From Octopus sinensis (taxonomy: Eukaryota), in assembly GCF_006345805.1 (NCBI RefSeq), contig NW_021835416.1:1-42446 (forward strand): a stretch of 42,446 bases of DNA, read 5' to 3'. This document shows positions 12,090-23,534 of the stretch, one piece after another. The stretch's first letter is position 1; each line of letters opens with the position of its first letter. A program made the position numbers and the translations under genes. A model generated the notes under the pieces. It was given only the letters and a program-made list of their open reading frames with translations, did not search any database and was not told the DNA's origin.

Positions 12090-12320
12090 GAACCGGCATA
12101 TCAAAGAATAGATCCCATGTTTCCTATGCGTGTCATAAAAGGCGACTGAAATAGGTTGATGTAGGACTTGCACTCCGATCCCGTGAAACCCGCACCGGCA
12201 ATGACAACCCAAACAGACCCGCGGACCGGAGGGTGGTTGCTTAAGTAGTGCAAAGGGTCATCCGCCAGGGATAGGGAATCACCCAAAAAATGGTGGATAC
12301 AGTGATGCGCTATTACAGCG
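12090..12320 (+). mobile_element. SINE-like repeat family E (Nin/Deu-like motif), copy 1
   Basis: gcgtgtcataaaaggcgactgaa resembles the recalled Nin/Deu-type gcgtgtcgtaagaggcgactaa. It ends in (CTA)n. Confidence 0.45.
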
Positions 12321-12340
12321 CATAACTCCCTACTACTACT

Positions 12341-12413
<73 letters not shown>

Positions 12414-12476
12414 ACAACTACTACACTACTACTCTTACTGCTGCTGCTGCTGCTGTTACTGCTGCTGCTGCTGCTG

Positions 12477-12516
<40 letters not shown>

Positions 12517-12648
12517 CACTACTACCAACTACTGCTGCTGCTACTGCTACTGCTGTTACTACTACAACTACTACTACAGCTGCTACAACAACAACAACTA
12601 CTACTACTACTGCGGCTGTTGCGGCTGCTACTGCTACAACTGCTGCTG

Positions 12649-12707
<59 letters not shown>

Positions 12708-12710
12708 GTG
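12320..12710. repeat. (CTA)n/(CTG)n block
   Basis: Direct inspection. Confidence 0.95.
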
Positions 12711-12779
12711 GCAGATTCAAGCTAGGGGTTTGAGATGTTGAGTTCTTCACTAAAACAGTTCGTTTCAGGTTTCTCTAGC

Positions 12780-13040
12780 GCCATGTGGCAACCGGCATGT
12801 CAAAGAATAGACCCGACATCTTCCCTGCGTGGTGCAAAATGGCGAGTATACAAGACGTTGGAGGTAGTATTTGAACTCTGACCTTGTAAAACCGTCACCA
12901 GCAACGAATGCCCAAACGGACCCACGAATTGGAGGGTTGTCGCCTGAGAGATGCAAAGGCGTGATCAACCAGGAATAAAAGATTCACCAAAAAATGGTGG
13001 AAGCAACGACGCGTTGTCATAGCGCGTGTCCCCACACGGC
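12780..13040 (+). mobile_element. Repeat family E, copy 2
   Basis: Shares accggcat.tcaaagaataga.cc, ggagggt.gt.gc and cacc.aaaaaatggtgga with copy 1. Confidence 0.5.
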
Positions 13041-13051
13041 TATGATTTTTT

Positions 13052-13410
13052 CATGGTCCCGGGTTCAGTCCCACTGCGTGGCACCTTGGGCAAGTGTCTT
13101 CTACTATAGCCTCGGGCCGACCAAAGCCTTGTGAGTGGATTTGGTAGACGGAAACTGAAAGAAGCCCGTCGTATATATGCATATATATAGCGTGTGGTGT
13201 GTTTGTGTGTCTGTGTTTGTCCCCCTAGCAATGGCATGACAACCGATTGCTGGTGTGTGTTTATGTCCCCGTTACTTAGCGGTTCGGCAAAAGAGACCGA
13301 TAGAATAAGTACTGGGCTTACAAAAGAATAAGTCCCGGGATCGAGTTGCTCGATTAAAGGCGGTGCTCCAGCATGGCCGCAGTCAAATGACTGAAACAAG
13401 TAAAAGAATA
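13052..13410 (+). mobile_element. SINE family B, near full length
   Basis: ccgggttcagtcccactgcgtggcaccttgggcaagtgtcttctactatagcc ... gcagtcaaatgactgaaacaagtaaaaga. It ends about 20 nt from the exon 3 donor. Confidence 0.85.
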
Positions 13411-13429
13411 AAAGAAAGAAAAGGATTAC

Positions 13430-13572
13430 CTTATTGGATGAAAATTCTTTAATTGAGTACGTATTGTATCCAGTTCTTGACTGTTCATAGAAGTAGGTCG
13501 GGTACTGCATCTGCTGCCAATCAAAAATGTCTTTCTCCAGATTTACAAATTCTGACGATGTATCCTCGGTAC
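13430..13572 (-). CDS. DUF885-like protein exon 3 (GTEDTSSEFVNLEKDIFDWQQMQYPTYFYEQSRTGYNTYSIKEFSSNK)
   Basis: Acceptor ttgttgttttcaag|, donor AAG|gtaatc, 143 nt, phase 1 to 0, open frame. Confidence 0.88.
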
Positions 13573-13768
13573 CTTGAAAACAACAACAAAAACAAATAAA
13601 AAGAAGAATGGTAGAAGCTCAATTTTTTTTTTGCTGTTATTGTAATTATTTTTGTTCTTGTTATTTCACTGTTTAACCCTAGGTCGGCTTTAACCGAGCA
13701 GGTCTGTGATCAAAGGCATTTCAGCTATAATAATAGCATTATTTGTTACATATCATTATTTTTTACAG

Positions 13769-13935
13769 AGGCGTAGCAGTGGCTGTGTGGTAAGTAGCTT
13801 GCTTGCCAACCACATGGTTCCGGGTTCAGTCCCACTGCGTGGCACCTTGGGTAAGTGTCTTCTACTATAGCCTCGGGCCGACCAAAGCCTTTTGCGAGGA
13901 TTTCGTGGACGGAAACTGAAAAAAGCCCGTCGTAC
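13769..13935 (+). mobile_element. SINE family B (5' half)
   Basis: Head and CORE-like region. Confidence 0.8.
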
Positions 13936-13985
13936 ATATGGATATATATATATATATATATATATTATTATATTATATATATATA

Positions 13986-14172
13986 CACCTTCGTGACATC
14001 CACCTTGCGAACGACACACCGGTCTCACGCCATTTCCGCTCCACCGGTCACCCTTGCACACCTATCTGTGTTCGTTTGTCCTTACACAGAGGGCCATCCG
14101 GAGATTCCCGTTTGCGCGTGAACAGGAATTAATCTTATCTTCTTCGCTCTTATACGCCATTTGGTCTCAAAC
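13986..14172 (+). mobile_element. Penelope-like element relic (C-terminal GIY-YIG region)
   Basis: HLRDIHLANDTPVSRHFRSTGH...RLR, then (shifted) EQELILS, then (shifted) TPFGL. This matches the H..DI...PV..HF...H...E..LI..L.T..P.GLN pattern of PLE endonucleases. A CT-rich tract follows. Confidence 0.65.
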
Positions 14173-14174
14173 TC

Positions 14175-14870
14175 TCCCCCCTACTCATCTACCTCACCCC
14201 CTCCTCACCTATCCTTCTCCCCCCGACCCCTACTTCTTCAGTCCTTCATCCTTTCACCCCTACTCCCTTCCCTTCTTCCCTCTTTCTCCCTCCCTCTTCC
14301 CTTCCCTCTGCTCCCTCACTCCCCCTCTCCCCCTCTCCCTCTTTCCTCCTTCATCCCCCTCCTCCCCTTCCTTCTCCCCCTCTCTCCTCTCCCCCATCCT
14401 CTCCTCCCCCTCTTCTTCCCCTCCCCTTTCTCCCCCCCCTCTCTCCCCCTCCCAATCTTTCTCCCCGTCCCTTCTTCTCCTCACTACACCACATGACTTT
14501 ACACTCACATCACATATGATGTGCCATACTAATACACACACCAACTAATACATACTAATACGTACTAATACATACTAGTACATACTAATACTTACACCAA
14601 CCCTTACATAACACGTCCAGACCCCGCATACGCACTTATACTCTCTCACAACACACACACACACCTATACATACCAATACGTACTAATACATACTAATAC
14701 ATACTAATACATACCACCCAACCCCATACATACGCACGTCCAGACCAATCTACGCACTAATACTCTTCATACACACAAACACACCACAACACACCCTTTA
14801 ACATACTAATACATACACCAACCCTATACATACACACATCCAGACCCCTCCCACGCATTTTAGCTGTCCC
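14175..14870. repeat. CT-rich tract, then catactaata minisatellite with three units of about 130 bp
   Basis: Repeated catactaata and cacc.accc..acata..cac.tccagacc blocks. Confidence 0.8.
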
Positions 14871-15029
14871 CTCAACCCATTTATCAAACCTATTATCTCC
14901 CCTTATTCGCTCTCGCGTCTCATGTTTGATCTTTGACCTCTGGCCGAAATCAGATCGCCATGTTGATTCGTTAGCTACCGCACGCATTTTTTTTCTCTCC
15001 TTCTTTCTGTGTTTTTCTCTCTCTGTGTA

Positions 15030-15067
15030 TCTTTCTGTTGAAGAGCGTAGGCTCGAAACGTTAAAGA
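15030..15067 (+). ncRNA. Hammerhead-like motif, core variant CUGUNGA, in a Penelope-type repeat
   Basis: tcttt-CTGTTGA-a-gagc/gtag/gctc-GAAAC-GTT-aaaga: stem I, stem II, GAAAC and an NUH triplet are all in place, but core position 6 is U rather than A. Confidence 0.4.
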
Positions 15068-15164
15068 CTTGTTTTATTTATATTTCCCTGAGCGCCATAA
15101 CTAATACAATTGTTCGTTTGTTTTCCACCTGCCTTCGTCTTTTGTTTATTTCATAAAGCTTCCG

Positions 15165-15218
<54 letters not shown>

Positions 15219-15219
15219 G

Positions 15220-15432
15220 TGTGTGTATATGTTTGTGTACCTGTGTTTGTCCCCCACCAACATCGCTTGACAACCGATGCTGGAGTGCTTACATCCCCGT
15301 AACTTAGCGGTTCGGCAAAATTGACCGATAGAATAAGTACTAGGTTTACAAAAAATAAGTCCTGGGGTCGATTTGTTCGACTAAAGGCGGTGCTCCAGCA
15401 TGGTCGCAGTCAAATGACTAAAACAAGTAAAA
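15220..15432 (+). mobile_element. SINE family B (3' half)
   Basis: cttgacaaccgatgctgg...cttagcggttcggcaaaa...gcagtcaaatgact. Confidence 0.8.
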
Positions 15433-15439
15433 GACTATA

Positions 15440-16165
15440 TCGAGCTGGCAGTATCGTGAACACGCCGGTCAAAATGCTTAACGGCATTTCGTCCGCACCC
15501 ACGTTCTGAGTTCAAATTCCACCGATGTCAACTTTGCCTTTCATCGACTAACCCCTTCCCCCAGAATTCTAGGCCTTGTGCCTATAGTAGAAAGGATTGT
15601 TATTGCTCTTGCTCGTGTTGTTGTATTGTTTATTTAACCCTAGGTCGGTTTTAACCGGGCAGATCCGTGATCAAAGGCATTTCAGCTTTGATAATAAGAT
15701 TATTTTTTATATATTGAACTGGCAGAGTCGTGAGCATGCCGGATAAAATGCTTAGCGGCATTTTGTCCATCTGGCGAGCTGGCAGAGACCTTAGCACGCC
15801 TGGCGAAATGCGTAGTGGTATTTCGTCTGCCGCTACGTTCTGAGTTCAAATTCCGCCGAGGTCAACTTTGCCTTTCATCCTTTCGGGGTCGATTAAATAA
15901 GTGCCAGTTACGCACTGGGATCGATATAATCGACTTAATCCGTTTGTCTGTCCTTGTTTGTCCCCTCTGTGTTTAGTCCCTTGTGGGTAGTAAAGAAATA
16001 GGTATTTCGTCTGCCGCTACGTTCTGAGTTCAAATTCCACCGAAATTGATTTTGCCTTCCATTCTTTCGAAGTCGATAAAATAAGTACCAGTTATACACT
16101 GGGGTCGATATAATCGACTTCTCCCCTCTCCCTGAAATTTCAGGCCTTGTGCCTATAATGGAAAT
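15440..16165 (+). mobile_element. Family A SINE cluster, including a dimer at 15778-16165
   Basis: A full unit with tail 1 is fused at gtaaagaaata|ggtatttcgtc to a head-truncated unit with tail 2. Confidence 0.85.
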
Positions 16166-16466
16166 TACTGTTCGTTTTTTTATAAGATATAAATGCGTTT
16201 TCTCATTGTGATTTGAGGGAAACCAAGCTGCTATGATTTTCGTACGTCTGGCAAACTTGAAGACGCACCCACCTCGGTAGAAGATGGATTTAAACTGTTA
16301 TCTGTCAGATGTATCGACAGTATTGACGTGTCAAATTCCAAGAAGTGAAAATTCACATCCTGCTCGTGGCTCTAACCGATAATAATGGCTAATCAGACAT
16401 CACCAATGCTTTATCAGAAATATTGCAATTTTCTGCTTTCGTGTGTCTGAACACAGAAATTATATA

Positions 16467-16714
16467 CAGGGTGTTCAAAAAGTCTCACCGCAGTAACTAT
16501 TTAATGGTTTTCGGGCGATTCTTGTACACTGATCCTTTACTTGCTCCCCAGACAAAAAAAAAAAAAATTAAATCTGGTGGTGTTAAATCAGGTGATCTTG
16601 GTGGCCAAAGTCCCTTCGAAATAATCCGTTCACCGTAAAACTCTTGAAGTAGCGCCATATTGATGCGCTAGATGAAAAAAAAAATCACTGCGGAGAGACC
16701 TTTTGAACACCCTG
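16467..16714 (-). mobile_element. Internally deleted Tc1/mariner DNA transposon (248 bp)
   Basis: 28-bp TIRs, cagggtgttcaaaaagtctcaccgcagt and its reverse complement at 16687-16714 (26/28), with TA on both sides. The minus strand retains WPPRSPDLTPPDF..WG and a VYKNRPKT-like segment. Confidence 0.9.
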
Positions 16715-17529
16715 TATTATATGAATATTAAGTTTTGTTGTTTTGAATTAATTGAATGATCTAAGGGAGACTCAATGACACCTATATCATCGACCTGCTA
16801 GAAATAACAGTTAAATCTCCGATATCACTCCCTACTGTCTTACGAATAAGGAATGACACATTAGATGATATAGTCTCATATACTGAGGCATCATCAGCCA
16901 GCTGCCCTCCTTGTGTGCAGTCAGCTTCCTGAGACTCTTCACTTCCCTCTCTGTTGCGCTGCAGGCATACAACCAGCCATGCTACTGTTTTCAGTCCATT
17001 CTTTGCTGTCTTTAGTCAACCAACGTTTTTAATGGCCCCTTTCTCTCTTTCCCCCTGCATTTCATCCTCTGTGTGTCATACAAAAAGGCGACCAAAAGAT
17101 GCCAAGGCCGGATTTGATCACAATAAACAAATCGTATCTGCAGATTGTTCAGCAAAAAGCTGCAGGAAAATCTTTCTCGGATTACGATAATCTACCCTCA
17201 TATCATTTAAGTGTTTGGCTAGAGCTGAACTACTGTTTCTTTCATAACATCTGTTCTAAAATATCACAGTCGTTTCAATCGCACCCTGAAATACAGTTTA
17301 ACGAACAAATAATGCATTCCATAAATTAAAAGAACCTATTACTCCCTTAAATGTAAACTATAAAGTTTATAATAATTTCCCCACTTTATTATTTAGATTT
17401 ACAATTTCGTAGTAGTTTAAAATCAACAATAATGATTAAGAACTTGGGTCAAATTTAGGCGCAACACGAGTTAAGTGCCCCTTACTTCCATCTGATTCTC
17501 TTCCTTCATAAATTTCTTCCTTCCTTCTC

Positions 17530-17823
17530 AAGTCATGCCTGGTTCATAAGGACCGGTTTCCCGGTTTCTTTGGCGTAAAGTTTCCCCACCTGGATGGGAC
17601 GCCGGTCCGTCGCAGGTGAAGCTACAAGATGCAGGAAGAAAGACTGAGAGTGAGAGAAAGTTGTAGCGAAAGAGTCAGCAGAAGTTCGCCATTACCTTCT
17701 GCCGGAGCCGCTTGGAGCTTAGGTGTTTCGCTCATAAACACACACATCGCCCGGTCTGAGATTCGAACCCGCGATCCCTCGACCGCGAGCCCGGTGCTCT
17801 AACCACTGGGCCATGTGCCTCCA
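17530..17823 (-). mobile_element. tRNA-derived SINE family F
   Basis: Minus-strand head tggcccagtggttagagc..ggttcgaatctc. A homolog lies at 40950-41177. Confidence 0.75.
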
Positions 17824-18109
17824 TTCATAACTTTCTTAAGAAAGCACTGCTATGTTTTAGAGGTTATAAATTACTATGACACTCTGTTACTAATTTCAGC
17901 CTGAGGGCCACGTTGGGGTACCACCAGCTATTGTTGAATTTGCACGTTTTATTAAAAAATTTTTTTTTGTCTTTCTTTTAGGAGAAAACAGGAGTCTAAG
18001 TTGTATTCATTAATTTGCTAATGTTCGTTACAGAAAATACCTGGGATTATAATTAGACTATTATGATAATGAGAGTATGTGTGTGGAAGTCTGTGGGAAT
18101 TCGTTTTAC

Positions 18110-18162
18110 CTTTTATGAAAGCTGTGGTGGTGAAGAGGAGAACCAACGCTGTCTGGAAGAAC
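18110..18162 (-). CDS. DUF885-like protein exon 2 (FFQTALVLLFTTTAFIK; signal peptide h-region)
   Basis: Acceptor tttctattttcag|, donor AAAG|gtaaaa, 53 nt, phase 2 to 1. The peptide is hydrophobic and the phase fits exon 3. Confidence 0.8.
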
Positions 18163-18230
18163 CTGAAAATAGAAACGAATATATAACAAATATATATATA
18201 TATATATATATATCAATATTCTTTTTTCCT

Positions 18231-18620
18231 TTTATTCTTGTATTTGTTTCAGTCATTTGACTGCGGCCATGCTGGAGCACCACCTTTAGTCTAGCAAATC
18301 GACTCCAGAACTTATTCTTTGTAAACCTAGTACTTATTCTATTGGTTCCTTTTGACGAACCGCTAAGTTACAGGGATGTAAACACTCCACCATCGGTTGT
18401 CAAGCGATGTTCGGGGGACGAAAACAGACACAGAAACACACACACACACACACATACGACGGGCTTCTTTCAGTTTCCGTCCACCAAATCCACGCACAAG
18501 GCTTTGGTCAGCCCGAGGCTATAGTAGAAGACGTCTGCTCAAGGTGCCACGCAGTGGGACTGAACCCGTAACCATGCGGTTGGTAAGCATGCTACTTACC
18601 ACACAGCCAGTCCAGCACCT
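18231..18620 (-). mobile_element. SINE family B, full length
   Basis: Reverse complement of the complete family B unit, about 70 nt from the exon 2 acceptor. Confidence 0.85.
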
Positions 18621-18813
18621 ATATGTGTGTGTGTGTGCGTGCGTGAGCGCGCCGCGTTTATGTGTGTACGTGTATATTATATATATATATATATATAGAT
18701 ATATATATATATATATAGATATATATATATATACATAATACACAGAGACACATTTACATTATTTATATATATAATATATATATATATATATATTATATAT
18801 AAAATATATATAT

Positions 18814-18847
<34 letters not shown>

Positions 18848-18880
18848 AATATTATAATTATATATATATAGAATATATAT

Positions 18881-18912
<32 letters not shown>

Positions 18913-19507
18913 TTACATACTTATATACATATGTGCACACACCATATATATATATATAAACATACATCTTATATATACATGTATAAAGAGATGGAGTGAA
19001 AGAGGTAATAAGGGTTGGTAGGATACTGCAGATATGTAAGCACCGAATCCAATTTAAACTGTATCTCCGACTCAGGGTTGCTTCCAGATGCAGCGTATGT
19101 ATAACAATCAACATATATGTGTGTGTGTGTGTGTGTGTGTGTACCGAGAAAGAGAGAGAGAGTGAGTGAGTTAGTGAAATATAGGTATATCAAATACTAT
19201 ACAACATAAATTTTCTCGAATATTGATATATCTCCGACTGTAGAGTCTGTGTCATAATCATCGAACGGGAGATAATCTCACAAATCAAGTTTTCTTCCAA
19301 GGGAACCTGACATTATTGAAAAGGATAAGTGTATTGTCTAGAGATGACAGGGCAGCCGTGGACACCTGTTCCTGCCTCAATAGTAGTCGTCAGCACGACA
19401 GTTGTCCAACTTCATCTCCCGTAGCCAAGTGCGTGCCTTAGCTTTACATAAAGAAAATAGGTGTAGAACACACTCTCTGTCTGTTTATCTGTCAGTCTGT
19501 CTTTCTT

Positions 19508-19543
<36 letters not shown>

Positions 19544-19813
19544 TCTGTCAGTCTGTCTTTCTTCCTCTTCTCTCTCTCTCTCTCTCTCTGTTTCACACAC
19601 ACAAACACACTCACGCATACGTACACACACATTCGCGCACACACAACGCACGCACGTGTATATGATACCATTCTTCCATCCCACAATGTAGTCTCGGGAA
19701 TATGAAGTGATCCGATGGTCGCGGCTAGAACGCCTCTGATCAAGAAGTATCTTTGGATCACTGCAGACCTGTGGCTAAAGAACAACAACAAAAACAACAA
19801 CAACAACAACGTT

Positions 19814-19844
<31 letters not shown>

Positions 19845-20204
19845 CCACCAAAAACAACAACTAACAGACACACAGTCATCTCCAAATGCAAGCTTTTTCT
19901 GTGAAGTAGGTAAGAACATTTACCGTAACATTAGCTGGTTGGTAAATTCACCGTAAAAAAAAAAGCTTCGATAAATCCTTGCACCTGATTGCAACGAATC
20001 ATGGGTAGATTCCAGGCATTCTGGTTAACCTTTCTTTCTTCGCGATATTGTTATTTATTTATTTGTGTGTTTGTTTGTTTGTTTGTTTGTTTGTTTATTG
20101 GCTTACTTTCTTTTTCTTTCTTTCTTTCTTCGTTTTGCATTGCTGACATTTATTTTGTAAATGTAAAGCTGTCCGATTTTTACCGAAAGGAAAAAATAGC
20201 GCGA

Positions 20205-20235
20205 ATCTACATCAACATCATCATCATCATCATCG

Positions 20236-20269
<34 letters not shown>

Positions 20270-20673
20270 TACCAACATCATCATCATCATCATCACCACC
20301 ATCACAACTATCGTCATCATCATAATCATCATCATCACCACCATCAAAACTATCGTCATCATCATCATCATTACCAATATCATCAACATCATCATCATCA
20401 ACATCATCATCATATCATCAATACCACCATTATCACCACCATCACAACTATCGTCATCATCATCATCAAAATCATCATCATCACCACCATCACAACTATC
20501 GTCATCATCATCATCATCATCATTACCAATATCATCAACATCATCATCATCATCATCAAAATCATCATCATCACCATCACAACTATCGTCATCATCATCA
20601 TCATCATCAAAATCATCATCATCACCACCATCACAACTATCGTCATCATCATCATCATCATCATCATTACCAA

Positions 20674-20708
<35 letters not shown>

Positions 20709-21120
20709 ACATCATCATTACCAACATCATCATCGTCGTCGTCGTCGTCATCATCATCATCATCATCACACCACTATCAGTTAGCAGCAGCGGCAGCACA
20801 ACTACCACCACCATATCATCATCATGACGATGGTCATCATCACACCACCACCACAACTATCGTCATCATCATCATCATCTATTTTATTCATAGCAATTTC
20901 AACGCATTAACTACAATGCTTGAAAAAGAATCGCTAGCATCACAATCTCCACCACCACCACCACCACCATCACTACCACCACCACCACTACCAACCCTAC
21001 CATATCATCATCGTCGTCGTCGTCGTCGTCGTCATCATCATCATCATCATCCTCACGACAAGAAGAAGAAGAAGAAGAAGAAGAAGAAGAAGAAGAAGAA
21101 AAAGAAGAAGAAGAAGATGA
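20205..21120. repeat. (CAT)n compound block with higher-order units, then (GAA)n
   Basis: Recurring accatcacaactatcgtcatc unit. Confidence 0.95.
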
Positions 21121-21289
21121 AAGGTGGAGTAATTTTGGGAACTAGACTATTTTTGTTGGAAGCGGAGGCACTTGCGACCTTTAATGAAACAATTGTAACA
21201 ACAACAACAAAAACAACAAGAATAACAACAGTGACAACATAATAAAACAAAATAAAATAACAACAACAACAAAAACAAAAACAATGACG

Positions 21290-21545
21290 ATAATGGTTTC
21301 AAACTTTGGCACAAGGCCAGCAATTTCGGCAGAGGGAGTACGATGATTGCATCGACCGAAAGGATGAAAGGTAAAGTTGACCCCGGCGTAATTTGAACTC
21401 AGAACGCCATTGACTCGTTCGTCGTTGTCGACGATGAGCAAAGACGGATCACGGTGTGCCCGGCTGTGGCACAACATAAATACGGACTAAATGCCGTTAA
21501 GCACTTAGTCCGGCGTGCTAACGATTCTGCCAGTTCTCTACCTTT
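21290..21545 (-). mobile_element. SINE family A with an insert of about 70 nt
   Basis: Core and head are interrupted after gaactcagaacg by unrelated CpG-rich sequence. Confidence 0.7.
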
Positions 21546-21574
21546 ACAATAATAATGATAACAACATAATAATG

Positions 21575-21643
<69 letters not shown>

Positions 21644-21677
21644 GTAGTAGTAATAATAATAATAATAATAATAATAT

Positions 21678-22218
21678 ACTGATGCAGTCAAGCAGTGGCT
21701 CTCATGGCTTCTGATTCTTAACTGATTGGAAGTGTTATCATGTACATGTTTTGTCTTGGTATAAAAGATGGGCTACAGCAAATATTCTGCTCAATACCAC
21801 AGATTTGCTTGTCAGTTGTTTGACCAACCAGTTGAAGCATGTCCCTTAGTGGCTGACGATATGTGCATCTCTGATCACGAGCAGAAGTAGTGGGGGAGCA
21901 TCATAGCCATGTGTTGAGAGGGATTCTTTGGGGTTTGATAATTCACCTCTGGAACATGGGTGTTTCGTTCAACATCCTTAAACAACCCTATTCAGGGACC
22001 TTTTGAGCGGGATGGGCTACTCAACCTAAGAAAATTCTAACTGGGCCCCACCTGCAAGGTCATGTGCTGTTATCTTGATATGAGATCACCATGTCGCGCA
22101 CATATGGTGTGTGCATGTGCCTGGTGTACCTTTATCAGACGGGTAGTCATGATGGGTATATTGGGCTTCGTATATTTTACCCAGTGTCACTTTGATGGCA
22201 TGCACTGCTCTCTCACTC
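21678..22218. mobile_element. Non-coding element of about 540 bp embedded in (TAA)n
   Basis: Complex sequence with sharp boundaries, (AAT)n in the same orientation on both sides, and no ORF. Confidence 0.55.
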
Positions 22219-22324
22219 AATAATAATAATAATAATAATAGTAATAATAAAATATAATAATAATAATTAATAATAATAATAATAGGATGATGATGAGGAT
22301 TGATGATGCTGATGATAATAATAA

Positions 22325-22367
<43 letters not shown>

Positions 22368-22403
22368 GGAGGATGATGATGATGATGTAATATGATGATG
22401 ATG

Positions 22404-22434
<31 letters not shown>

Positions 22435-22456
22435 GATAATAATAATAATAATAATG

Positions 22457-22518
<62 letters not shown>

Positions 22519-22839
22519 GATGATGATGATGATGATAATGATGGTGATGATGATGATGGTGATGATGATGAAGATGATGATGATGATGATGATGATGGTG
22601 ATGATGATGGTGATGGTGATGATGATGATGGTGATGATGATGATGATGATGATGATTTATTAACCCTTTTGCTATAAGCAAAAAGCCTGACATTTTAGGT
22701 AAGGGGACAAGTCGAGAGAGTTTATCGAACCCAAGTGCTCGACTGGTACTTATTTCATCGTACTTATTTAACTACAATGCTTGAAAAAGAATCGACACCA
22801 TCACAATCTCTTATTTTCTCTCCTTGTTTTTTTCTGTGC

Positions 22840-22877
22840 CCTTCCTGTAGAAGAGCGTAGGCTCGAAACGTAAAAGA
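22840..22877 (+). ncRNA. Hammerhead-like motif (second copy of the CUGUNGA family)
   Basis: CTGTAGA-a-gagc/gtag/gctc-GAAAC-GTA-aaaga. Stem I is partly degenerate. It lies in a repeat (about 22810-22970) homologous to 14990-15165. Confidence 0.35.
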
Positions 22878-23051
22878 CTTTTTCTATTCCTGAGCGTTAT
22901 ACTAATACATCTGTTTGGTTTTGTACACCACATGTCTTCGTCTTTTGTTTTTCGTAACTCTCCCTATTACAGATACATACAATATCTATATATATATATA
23001 ATATATATATAGATATATATATATATTATAATATATATATATATTATTATA

Positions 23052-23215
23052 TACGACGGGCTCTTTCAGTTCCGTCTACCAATCCACTCACAAGGCTTTG
23101 GTCGGCCGAGGCTATAGTAGAAGACACTTGCCCAAGGTGCCACGCAGTGGAACTGAAACCCGGAACCATGTAGTTGGGAACCAAGCGTCTTACCACAGAG
23201 CCACGCAGCGTCCGT
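23052..23215 (-). mobile_element. SINE family B (5' half)
   Basis: Reverse complement of head and core. Confidence 0.8.
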
Positions 23216-23534
23216 GCAACTATTTGAATGAAAATACACATATAAAACAAAACATACAAATCTGCATATATCTACATATATACATATATACAAAATTAAC
23301 CTGTTGTTGATGTATGTATTGTCATTGTTCAGTTCAAGATTTCTTGCCAATAGAGAAAGAACCGGTTTCTAACCTAGATCCAAAGCCCCTTCATTGGAAT
23401 TTCAACATCAACAACAGAGTATTTTTGTTTGTATGTATGTATATATGTGTACATATGCAGATTTGTATGATTTGCTTTATACACGCATTTTCATTCATAT
23501 AGCTGCATGTCTAGACATGCTCATATGTACTTAC

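Noticed and set aside
17745-17823. tRNA gene
   Set aside because: The tRNA-like A/B boxes run directly into SINE body sequence found again at 40950-41177, so it is a SINE head. The same applies to 2327, 6474 and 30118.
19370-19450. Possible terminal exon (KARTWLREMKLDNCRADDYY*) on the minus strand
   Set aside because: No recognisable homology or partner exon, and it lies inside intron 1 on the same strand.
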